Part shown: positions 22,701-33,721 of the stretch, piece by piece
Layout: every line of letters starts with the position of its first letter
How positions within the stretch are numbered: the first letter of the stretch is position 1
Origin: Mytilus californianus
Taxonomy: Eukaryota
Reading direction: 5' to 3'
Length of the DNA stretch: 64,000 nucleotides
Assembly (NCBI RefSeq): GCF_021869535.1
Contig: NW_026262701.1
Span: 10,354,001-10,418,000 of the forward strand
The notes under the pieces: generated by a model
The model's database searches: none
Seen by the model: the letters and a program-made list of their open reading frames with translations, nothing else
What the model was told of the DNA's origin: nothing
Translations under genes and position numbers: made by a program

Positions 22701-25681
22701 GGCATCACTGAAGAACTGTTATGATGCGCTTCTGGTGCAATAAAATTTAAACTGTTAAATATCATTACTGTGAAATTAAAAAATGTTTCTTGAATAGTTC
22801 CCATGTTCAATTGTTGTTTGATATTCATAAGCTGGGTTTTAAATGTGGCAGTTCAGCATATCGCTTTGCACATTTGTTAAGCCTGTCAATAACAGTTTAA
22901 GAGAGACAATATCAATTAAATGTTGACTTAATTTAATTAGGATATGTGATTTGTTTCAAAATAAAATGGATGAATTGTTCATTAAGAAGATAAATAAAAG
23001 CAACAGTAGTTTACCGCTGTTCGAAATTAATAAATCGATTGAGAAAAAAACAAATCCGGGTTACAAACTAAAACTGAGGGAAACACATCAAATTTAAGAG
23101 AACTACGACACAACAGAAACACAACATTAAAATGTAACATCATTTAGTAGAAGCTACTTACTGGCATCGCATATAACATTCATTATTGAAAGTCACACCA
23201 CAGCTTGAACAAACATATTGTCCTGTCGGGAAACAATTACAATTAGGACACTGGGAAGACACATTATCTAAAAATGAAAAATATAACCATAAGAATTCTT
23301 CTAAAAAGCAGAAAAGGTTTTCCTTTCCAGTAAATAGTTTAGCATTTTTATTTGATCTCGAACAGTTATATTTGGTAAACAAATGTAACATAACACTTAT
23401 TTGTAACGAAGGTCTTTGTCCATCGGCACAAAAAAGAATATTTCAATCATATCATGTAAAGAAAACACATTCCAGTAAGATTGAAATATCTTGGTCGACC
23501 TGTACGCTTTACGCTTTTGTATGTAAAAGATATAACTGCTATGTATTTTGGAGCTTGAATTACGTTTAGGTTTAACTATCGCAAATGAAGTTTACATTTC
23601 GGCGATTTTTTTAAAACTCAGATTGCAATGTAAAAAAAAATACAAATTTGACAAATTGATTTGTTATTTAACTAATTATTTTATAAACAACATGATCTCA
23701 CTTGTATAAATAAGTAGGCCATAACAAATCATACAAATGTAACATAACACTTGTAATGGCATATATTTTAGAAGCATTGTCACAGATGTTAATAATGGAG
23801 ATATTTCAGGGAAAAAAATATTTCGATGTAGCTCGTCTATATTATATGTGCTGTTTTGAGCGTCTGAGTCTAGGCAAGTTGAGCACAAATCCAACGGCCG
23901 CAAATTTTTCAAAAGACGAAACATTAAGATTATAGTCTTTTCGTTATACTGCAATTTGTTCTTAAGTAAACAATATAATATTTTGAAATTTGTTAATACC
24001 TTTCTGTTTTTATGTTATGTAATACATTGATAAGTTTGAAATTTGTTCACTTGATTGTAATAAGTGGTTAAATATGAGACAAAATGCTGTCATATAATTG
24101 AATAGACAGAAACAATACTAGGTATAATTGCTATACACTACAACAGAATATTAGATCACTATATAGTTAATGCATGGTATACAAGCTGATGAAGGGTACA
24201 ATAAAATGCCTTACTTGAAATCGATGTCTCTACCTCTGATTTAGTCACGTTACAACAGAAAAAATAAACTATTCTTAAAATATCATGTTAACGTCTGGTG
24301 ACTTTTTCTACTTATTCTTTATTTAGGAATCAATTAATATTAGGATTAAAATCGTGCTAGTATTGAACTACTGGTATGAATGCTTGATCATCTTTGGGCG
24401 ATTTAAAAAGCTGTAAATGCTGCATTGATGAAATCTAATTTCATTTGCGACCCCTGAACCAGTATCATAATTTTGTTGATTTAACAAAATGTTTTTGAGA
24501 GTTCAGTGTTATTTCATGTACTCTTAGTTAGGAAAATAATCATTCATAAACTTGCTCCGTTTCGTTAAATTTGAACATATCTTGAAATCACACTATTTAC
24601 AAATCATGAAAAACAAAAGAAATAAGAGGATATTGGAGGTACACGTTCTGAAATAAGCTCGCAAAAGGCTGCGAGAATTAACTTGTTGAAATTTTAGATA
24701 ACATTACTTCAAACATATGTTGTGCATAACGATAATTTGTTTTGGTTTATCAACTACTGTGTTGGTACTGCTGCTTTTCCTGTCTCCAAGTGTGTCATTC
24801 GTCACAAAGTCCGTATTTCGAGATTTGCATGCTATAAATAATACTAATTGTGTGTGACTTTTTAGTTAATTGCATCTTTTTCTGTCACCAACGTTGCTTG
24901 TCCTTTGGGCAAAGCTCATAGACGATTTTGGCAGTCCTTTGAATACCCTTTTTCCTTTGTATTTCACTCAAAGGTCTCCTATACTTTATTTTCCTCAAAT
25001 GTTTCATATTTGTGGTCTTTCAAAGTTGAATTCAAGAATGCACCTGTTGAAATTTGTTGCAGAGCACGTGTTGTGCAGACGTTAATCATAGCACTGGTTT
25101 TTACTACCACTGGGTAATTGCCGGTTCAGGTTGCCAATGTCAAAAGGGTTCCAAGTGTACAATCCATAGAGAAGCCAGTTGTTCAAGTAATGCAAATTTG
25201 CCTAAACTAATGTAGCATATCACCTAATGAAAGTTTACCAAACATTAAATAGGTGGGTTATTTCTAAGCCATGTTGTTTAATTTTATTCCAAACCGTTTA
25301 TAAATGGAATTTTCACATTTACCATTAGGAGCGTACTTGATAAATATTATGCCAGAAACGCCTGATTTTGCTAATAATAATGATTTAATATTTTGTTTGA
25401 GGACCTGTTGAATTTTTTAACGAAACCAATGAACATAGAAACATACATAAATAAAAAGTAAACAGAGGATTTAAAGCGCATAGTTTTGCTGGAATTAATT
25501 GATAACTATTGTGCAAGTGAAACGAGTAGAGTTACATTAACAACGCGTGTGATAATCTAGTACTTATATTTGTTAATTGAACACGATACTGGTGCAAGCA
25601 TTGAATTTAACATGAAGTTACTCATTAGTTAATACCTGTGGCTATGGCAAGAAATACCAACATCAACAATGCGAACTTCAT
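19686..25681 (-). CDS. Spliced gene (copy B) for a 67-aa secreted cysteine-rich Kazal-like peptide; CDS join(25681-25636, 23267-23162, 19737-19686)
   Basis: Three exons have canonical GT-AG boundaries and matching phases (1, then 2). They give the uninterrupted ORF MKFALLMLVFLAIATDNVSSQCPNCNCFPTGQYVCSSCGVTFNNECYMRCHLQNYGCRGQCPCPENP*. The N-terminus is hydrophobic, and the Kazal spacing C-x7-C-x10-C-x3-C and the T-F-x-N-x-C motif are present. The last exon has a paralog at 63.2 kb with the Cys codons and stop conserved. Confidence 0.85.
20700..21275 (-). mobile_element. 3' fragment of a Penelope-like retroelement plus its terminal repeat
   Basis: The frame KLYDKRDDFSFPIVNFPFLCSNIPAAPGYGVYISQLIRYSRAC is followed by the terminal segment GATCGAGSAYPSGAPEITP. 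Confidence 0.82.
21930..22110. repeat. Penelope-terminal-associated short repeat (agaggcgaaagataccaaagggac...); further copies at ~11393, 56770 and 62365-62565 (inverted)
   Basis: It matches 20700-20880, which abuts a Penelope-like RT fragment. Confidence 0.7.
22190..22335 (+). repeat. Solo retrozyme-like fragment with a degenerate hammerhead
   Basis: The sequence is gagcttcagtgatgagtattttgtagacaaaacgtgctcctggcgt...ctagtatctatgatgagttt. Confidence 0.55.
23162..23267 (-). CDS. Kazal-like peptide gene, second coding exon (DNVSSQCPNCNCFPTGQYVCSSCGVTFNNECYMRC)
   Basis: Acceptor ttttcatttttag| and donor |gtaagtag flank a 106-nt exon (phase 1 in, phase 2 out) that encodes 7 Cys with Kazal spacing. 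Confidence 0.88.
25636..25681 (-). CDS. Kazal-like peptide gene, first coding exon (signal peptide MKFALLMLVFLAIAT + G)
   Basis: The minus strand reads gataaaATGAAGTTC...GCCACAG|gtatta, a 46-nt CDS ending in phase 1. An upstream acceptor (tattgtag) places the exon start at 25715, giving 34 nt of 5'UTR in this exon. Confidence 0.82.
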
Positions 25682-27204
25682 TTTATCTATGGCCGCTTGA
25701 GGAAAACTGTACTTCCTACAATAGCGTAAAATATAATGCTTATAGCCATCTATGAGTAAAGTAAATATAAATGCTGCTGCTGATGATGATGATGTTTATC
25801 CGATTGTGAAAATATTGTTATATTTGATAGAACATACATTGTTTGAATGCGGATCACGAAAACACGAGTATTTTCAAACTTGAATTGTATACATTTATCC
25901 ATTACCGATCGCATGGTCACCTAAATTTTAAAGGATAAACAGATGGTTCTGGTCTAGATTACAATCTACTGTGGATTCATTAATGTTCATTAGATACTTT
26001 ATTTAAATTCCAGAATCATTGCAGAGGGCAGTGTGCAAACAAAAATCCTTAACTGCCGTACCAAGATCTATTACTTTCGTTGACGACTTTGATGTTTATT
26101 GAACCTGACAGGTTAATAATATTATAGATCTAAATAAAAAAAGATTATCAATAAATGATAGGTTTTGCCTACACGCCGATTTTGTATCTGTTTTAAATGA
26201 ATCGCTTCAGTATCAAGAAAATATGAAAATACTCGGCTTTTACACGCTAAAACAGGAACGTCATTTGTTTTTAATACTCTAATGAAGTGAAATGAACAGG
26301 GGGTAAACAGAGGACTACTTATCCATATAATTTATACAATGTTGAATATTTAGGCTTTACGTTACCTTTACAACACGTATTACTAAGTGTATGAGCTCTC
26401 TAAAGTGCTCTTCGTGTGCTATGGATTCGCCGTCATTACCTGCTTTTAACTATTAATCATAGATACCGACTTACCTTCAACAATTTACGATGTAACCAAC
26501 TGTTCAACAAAACAACATCACCAAATATATATATATTTATGAATATAAAAATGAAAAAAAGTAAGATGATAAATCAAGGAAGACATATTGTCAAGCAAAA
26601 AAATTCATCTTTTGGTTAATTTGGTTAACAAAAAGATAAAAGTAAGAAACATGTCATGGATTTATGGTGATATTTTATCAAGAATTCGTGGAAATTTACA
26701 TGTTTAATTAGTCATATGTTTTTTTAGCAATAAAAATATATCTTAGTTTTAAGCTTCGGTTTTAGGGAAGATATGCCAGAGACAAATGAATAATACTATT
26801 AATAACAAAACTAATAATAACAATCATAGAATTATAGATAATAATAATGATTATAATGATAATAGTTATGATTATAATACTTACAATAGTAATCATTATG
26901 GAATAACTAATCGAAGAATTCAAATATAGAAAAAATTTAAACAAATGACTGAACAACACCTTAATTCACGAATACGCGTAGCGCATGAGTTCATCGTCAG
27001 TGTTGTTTGAATACGAGTTGAATATTGTTCTATTAGTCATTCTTTTTATTACATTTACCGTGGGATTGTTGTTGGAAATAAAGTAGATAAAACAACGAAC
27101 AATATCATTGTCCACACGTTTTCAATTCATTTTGAGGCAAAGTCACTATTTTATTCATTTATTTATTTATTTAACTGGGAAATCACGGTATTTCAATGCG
27201 ACCA

Positions 27205-27243
27205 ATATAATAATAATAAATAAATAAATAAATAAATAAATAA
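27205..27243. repeat. (AATA)n microsatellite; shorter in copy A (~4470-4505)
   Basis: ataataataataaataaataaataaataaataaataa. Confidence 0.85.
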
Positions 27244-27724
27244 CTGAAGCACGGCCAGGGCTTGTAATGACTAACCTTTAAATATAATTTTTTGCGGACT
27301 CCAGTCTTTAAATAGAGTTATTGAGTGTTTCTAATTAACATGTTATTGCTCAATTCAATGGAACGATTGTTCAACGAATTTCAAAAACTTACTCATGATG
27401 CATTATTGAACGCAGCTTTAGACTTGTTCTTGAATGTTAAATGTCTTTTTTTTTTACTCAAATTGAAATAGCTGCACAAATTTGGATATCAAGCAGCAAT
27501 TTACACATTGATACAAACTAATCTTTACTGCCATTTTAACGAGGTCAACAAAAACTTTTATTCCGCTAGTTTACATGTTCTTGATTGCAAAGTAAATGCA
27601 AATTATAACGTAGTTTGCAGTTTGCATCCAACACTATACAAATCTTGTTTGAATATTGGTACTACCGTTGTGCTCAGCTTGACAGATCAGGAGCTTTATT
27701 GTGTGTTTCACTTACATGTGTAAA

Positions 27725-29760
27725 ATGATGGGTGCCACATGTGAAGCAGGATATCTTCCGGAGTACCTAAGATCACCCCCAGGTTTTGGTGGGGTTCGTG
27801 TTGCTCAGTTTTTAGTGTTTTATATTGTGTTTTATGTATTGTTGTTTGTCCGTTTTTTTATTCATTTTCAGCCAAAATGTAGACGAAGGAATGATTTCTA
27901 CTTCACCATTCGGAACTCTTGGTTTAATAGCTTCCTTGTGAGCAGTAACCCTCTATTAAGGAAATCATGATAGTAAAAACAGGCCAAGGAATATCGTATC
28001 AACTTGGAAATATATACTCCGTATGCAAGCACTGCTGGAATGTTGCTACATAGAAATGGAAAATTCACAATTGGGAAGCTGAAATCATCTCTTTTGTCAT
28101 TGTTTTCAACCGACCTTGATTGTCAATGTCTAGATGTAAGTCAAGATATGATGCAGACTTAACTGTATCTGATGTATCCTTTTTTTCGTTAGTTTCATGG
28201 TCACCAAACATTGAATTATTTAGTGAGATAACATCATATTTATAGCGGAAAGGGAAGTTAAAGGATACTGCTAACTTCTATTCTTCCTTCCTAGGAAGTT
28301 CTTGTATGAAGCCAGCCTCGTATGAATAAAGGAACAAGTCGGCAGGAAGATGAGCACAGTTGGTTTCCAGGGGGATGCGAGTTATGTGTTGAAAAACACA
28401 TCCTCTAAACATAAACAATATGTTGTCAATCAAGAAATCAAGTATCTTGATAATGTCAGTTTCAGAGAATTTGTTTGTTTGAATCAGAGTGATTTTTACA
28501 AAGTACGAGTTATCCCTCCCGAAAACAATATCCTTTATTCTACGTTGGCCATTATTTTTTATGAAACAAACCAGGATCAACTGTATCAATTTGTTTTGTT
28601 TTTTTTTAGTTTTGAATGAGGAATACTTGTGTAAAGTGAATAAAAGTCAAATACTTCAATAGTATGGTTAGATGAAAGAGTCTTAAATTCATGTAATCTG
28701 AAACATCTTTGGATTTTTTTTAGTATCCACATCAGATTCACGCCACCTCTATAATAGTTAGTTCACAATAACTTTGAATTTAGGTATCCAATACAGCGAA
28801 AGAAGATCCAGATCTTCATCTTTCGTTGAAATTCCAAAGGAATATACATGTAGAACAAACCTATGATTAACTAGGATTTCCTCCTTGGTAAGTGTCGTGG
28901 GTGTACTATATGTTTAGTTTCCAAGTAAGTTGTCAATATCTAATTGATTCATTAAGCAGTTTATGTAGTGTGGCTTACACACAAAAACGATGTTGTTTGG
29001 TGCTTTATCCTCGAGGACAACAACATATTTGTCATGGATGTAGGACAAAAAACATTTGCTTAATCCTTGACTGAATCCGTTATTCCGGGCTTTTAGATAA
29101 CACATTTTGAGGAGAAGTGTTATTGACAATGTTTAGGTCACAAGTAATAACGTGGCAAGTTGGATTATATATGAATGGGGAACAAGTACAGGTGCAATCA
29201 GGAGGTTTAGTCTTGAAGTCGTCAATATTGAGATCCTGCCACACGTGCTTGTAATTGAAAATTTTGATTGCAATTGTTTGGTATAGGTATAAGAATGATA
29301 GGTACAGACTGATTTTTAAAATAGAGAGGTATTATCGAGTGAACTCATTTATGATGAAGGATATTGCCCAAGTTAATGGCATCGAGACCTTTGTTGGCAA
29401 AGGAAAGTTTTAGAAAGGATTTTTTCTCCTTTTCATCTTTTCCAATCCGAACTGGTTTGAAAAGTCCGTGACTGGCAATATCCGAGATAATAGCTGTGAG
29501 TTTGTATTGGTTTGAATGGGGGTTTGTAACAGTGGTTTCCAAACAAAAAATGTACAGATAATGACGTTTTGAAAGGGTAATGAAAAAGGCTTCGTGCGAA
29601 TGTGATGAAAACCTTTTGTATAAATGGCAGCAGGTCATTACTAGAGACATTGAAAAAATTATTATTGCATTGCCTTTCAAATACAAAGTAATATATTTTG
29701 TTTAATGAGGCTTCCTTTTTAATGTAACAATTTAAAAAAGGACAATGCAAATATTCAATA
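27725..29760 (-). mobile_element. Penelope-like (probably Naiad-type) retroelement, degenerate, ~2 kb
   Basis: The frames FLKLSFANKGLDAINLGNILHHK, EDKAPNNIVFVCKPHYINCL, FSETDIIKILDFLIDNI...RIPLETNCAHLPADLFLYSYE and DKRDDFSFPIVNFPFLCSNIP are all decayed, with stops and frameshifts. Confidence 0.82.
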
Positions 29761-30189
29761 TTGCCTCATACAGCAAAACGTAGGGGTGATTACGATTTTG
29801 ACATTAAAGATATATATAAAGTTGTTTATTAAAAATCTAGTTTTCAGTATGCTATAAATATCAAAATTCCAGTCAGTTTAAATAACTTTTGCTTAGAATT
29901 TCTTAGTGAAGTAAATACAAGGCAAAATTGGCACTACCGGTTTTTCCTTCTCGTAAACTCGTTTTTACATATAAGTTACTATTGAAACGCGTGAATTAAT
30001 TTGATATCTTAAATTGTTCTTGCGGGAGGAAATGGCCGTGTCTGTTTTCGCGTTTATTTTTAACACTCAAGACAATTTTTTTGTTCAGCCACACCAGAAG
30101 AGAGTTCAGACAATAATGTATCCCTCTCGTCTCAAGTATACAATGTAAACTTTAAAATCAATAAGATGATAAAGTTTTTCTCCCCCATA

Positions 30190-30575
30190 GCCTAAACCAG
30201 TTTGGCAAACAATTTTGAAATGCTCTTCAAATCCCTTATTTTGTTGTTTAACTGTTTTGATTGAAGTACCACTCATGAGTCTTGAGTAGACGAAACACGC
30301 GTTTGACGTACAAACTGATTAGACTGGTATCTTTGCCGAGATTTTTTAAATATACCGGCCACTTTGTGGTTGAAAAATGGCATTGAAAGTAAACTCATCA
30401 TACATACCAGGATTGACATTGTGTACGCTAGACGTCTTAAAAAGACTCATCAGTTACGCTCAAATCATGAAAGTTAAAAAGTCCAAATAAAATACGAAGT
30501 TGAAGAGCATTGAGGACCCAAAATTCAGATGGTTTTAGAAAATACAGCTAAGATAATCTATTCCCGGGGTAGAAA
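30190..30575. repeat. Two retrozyme-like fragments in opposite orientation
   Basis: A plus copy has ccactcatgagtcttgagtagacgaaac (~30270). A minus copy has aaactcatcatacataccagg...gactcatcag (~30390-30455). Confidence 0.55.
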
Positions 30576-31181
30576 ATCCCTGAAAGACCCGTTCTTTTTA
30601 GTCGGAATTCGACAATACCATTTTATGTAATTTTATATACATGCTCACCATATCAGTTCATTTTACTTTGTTCTGGGTTTTGTTTAGTGCATTTTTTTTT
30701 TTTGTAAACATTAAATTCTGTCCACATATGATTTGCAGGTGAATAAAAATTAGTTTATTATTCATTAATCCTGATTTAAGACAGGGAGCATAACTTGTAC
30801 TAATTTGCATATAGATTTGACGGTCTTTGGTAGTATTCAGTGTCTTTCTGAAAGATCAGTCTCTCCTTCAAATTATTGTGTCTTGTTTATATACAGATAA
30901 AGTGTTTGTTTATGTTTTTTTCATTAATTATCTTTGGTTTTAAGGTCTGTTTTGTATGCACTAAGGGTTTTCTACCATTAGTCATAGATTGTCGGTTTTT
31001 AATCTTTCTGAAATTTCGTAACTAATTTTGCCGTTCAACTGGGTAAATTTGAGCGCCACTAATGAGTCTTAAGAGAAAACGAGCGTCTTGCGTACTTAAT
31101 TATAAGCCTAGTAATATGACGAGTTTTGTTACGATGCATAATACTGTAACGTCTTTTATATTTCAGTTATATGTTTTCAAA

Positions 31182-31227
31182 ATGAAGAGCACAGCATTTC
31201 TATTTTGTCTTGTTTTCCTAGCAATAG
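31182..31227 (+). CDS. Signal-peptide exon of a putative small secreted protein (MKSTAFLFCLVFLAI + G)
   Basis: Acceptor tatatttcag| (exon start 31167) is followed by ttcaaaATGAAG, 15 mostly hydrophobic codons plus G, and the donor |gtaaca. It has the same 46-nt, phase-1 architecture as the Kazal-like gene's first coding exon. Confidence 0.65.
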
Positions 31228-33721
31228 GTAACATTTACTCCTTTTCTGGTAAAACAGTGAAATTACAGAACAAAATGTAGTGAACAGTATTTAAACTAAA
31301 CTGCAAAAGTGACATAAATTGTAATAAATGTTTCTATTAAGCATTTTTGAATGGTATGTAACCTTCATTTCATGACACTTATTGATAATACAGAAAAAAT
31401 ATATGCGTTTCAATATTGAATAAGGAAACATATTTTCTATGAAATTCTAAATACCCAATGCTGAATTAGAAGTGAATATAGATATTTTACGTTTTACTTG
31501 ACAACAAAAAAACAAACGAAATAAAGATAAACCTAGTTTCTAAGAACATTTTAGCAGATAAGCAAGTTAATTGCATCGGTGGTAGACCAGACCTAGTTCT
31601 GCTTTTTAGTATTGTTGCAGACATATTGACAAGTCTGCTCCAGACCGATCCTGAGAATAGGTCGGCTTTTTACCAGATCTAACGGCAGGTCCGCTTTTGA
31701 CAGATTGTCTTGTTTAAGACTTTTAATAGCAGACCTGACCTTTGTTTATATAAACGATAATCGTATTGTTCTATTTTCCAGTACAGCAAAATACTATACT
31801 CTTAGTGACGTCATATATAAACAATGGAATTATTTTTTTCCTTTGATATATTCTTGTATAAATTTAGTAATGGCTAATAAGTTTTGCACTTGTTGACCGA
31901 CATATATACAGTACATGCAGGTTTCATAAAAGAAAGGACAGTTTTTTTTTTAATTTGAAGGCGGATGTTAAGGTTATTAAATGCATTTGATTTTTTTTAA
32001 ATGATGGGATATTACCAACATTGTTTTAGGTGCTTCGTTCCACATTTTCTACAGTCTCTCAAAAATAAATATTCCTTAAATTAATTGGTTTTTTTTTCAT
32101 CGTAATTCACTTAGTTTGCCTTGGATTTACTATTATATTTGCGACGGAATGTTCAAACGAAAGTTGTATAGTGCCCGGATATATAAGGTGTTGTATAATT
32201 TTGAACCTGATAGTCAATTTTGGCAGAGTCATCTTTCACGATTAAAGATAAATAGGATTTTACATAATATACTGGCAGTTAGTATTATACAGTCCCCCCT
32301 GCGTTAACTAATTTACTGATTTATTTGGTCTAATTCGGTAGCTCACATTCGAGGAAAAGAGGACGAGATTGTGGTTGCGACGACTGGAACATATCCGTCG
32401 TCACTTGTGATATTCCAAAAAGTTTATTTTTTTTTTTTAATTTAGTGCGAGGTATATCAGAAATGGAATTCATTAAAATGTATATTAAAAGATTGATATT
32501 CGTATATGTTCAAATGATAAAACACGCTAAAACAAAATCGGAGAATTCTTATTTTATAGAATTGATGCTTTGTCGCTAAGTCCGACCCCCACTCCCCCCC
32601 CCCTTTTCCCTGTAACTTAAGTGTGAGTTGATTTAAAGTGTCTCGTTTGTTGACAATAAAGTACAAACCATTTGATTTCTGTCAAGCCTGCGATATTAAT
32701 GTCGCGGAAGTGAGACACAAGAAACCTATATTCCGTCGTCGGCGTCTTCATCATTTAGATCGTTAGGTTACTCGTTTGCATTGTTTTTACATTTGTCATT
32801 TCTGGACCTGTTATAGCTTACTATGTGGTATGGGTTTTGCCCATTGTTGAAGACCATACAGTGACATACAGTTGTTAGCTGCTACGTCATTTGGTATGTG
32901 GTGGAGGTTCTCTTATTGGCAATCATACCCACATCTTCTTATTTTTATGTAAGTTTTATTTGCATTAAATATTACCGAATCAAACTATTTTGTCATGATG
33001 AATTTGTAAACCTCCATGAATTATTATAAAACTTGTACAGGAGTAAATCTTCTTTATCGAGATAAAGCAGGTACAGAAAAACAATGATTTTAATTTTGTT
33101 TTTTATCGATAAATGGAGGTTTTACAGTCAACATTACACTTTTACAATGACGGCAGCAATCTCAGGCGAGACACAGGGTTCCGTGGAATTCTTCATAAAT
33201 TTATTATAATACTGCTTCCATTTGAGAACTAAGGGAAAAAAACTGCGAGACCAAGTGGTTTGGGGATATCCGAAATATTGATATTTTGTTTTGTACTTTT
33301 TTTTCTTATTTTTGTCTGCCGTTCCCCTTTTTCATACCAAATAGCTCTGAACATCAACATATGGAAATTAGTCTAAAATAGAACTAATGTTTTCCAAAAT
33401 GGTCATGTGGCTTTACCTCATCAAGAAATGCGATAACCACATCAAAGAATGACAGGACCACATCAAATACAGGAACAAACACATCATGTTGTGTAAAATC
33501 GTTAAATGTTTAACCATCATTATGTAATGTTAAAGCCATATGAAGAATTAGCAAATCATCATTACGAATTAACAAAACCACATCATGTACATGTAATGAA
33601 GCAAATACATAACGTTAGTAAATAAACTCATCATAGATACCAGGATTGCAATTTTGTATTTAAGCCAAATACACATCAGGAAATGTTAAAATCACATTGC
33701 ATAATGACACAACCACATTAA

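Larger units (their letters stand above)
11570..28850. repeat. Segmental duplication, copy B (contains the intact peptide gene)
   Basis: It is colinear with 52130-64000 (e.g. 12070/52505, 12200/52640, 16070/60440, 19480/62820, 21690/63950) and with 240-5830. Confidence 0.85.

Noticed and set aside
23186-23569. 127-aa plus-strand ORF
   Set aside because: It is the antisense shadow of the real minus-strand Kazal exon plus AT-rich intron.
32585-32612. C-run / G-quadruplex candidate
   Set aside because: It is an isolated homopolymer-rich tract with no functional context.
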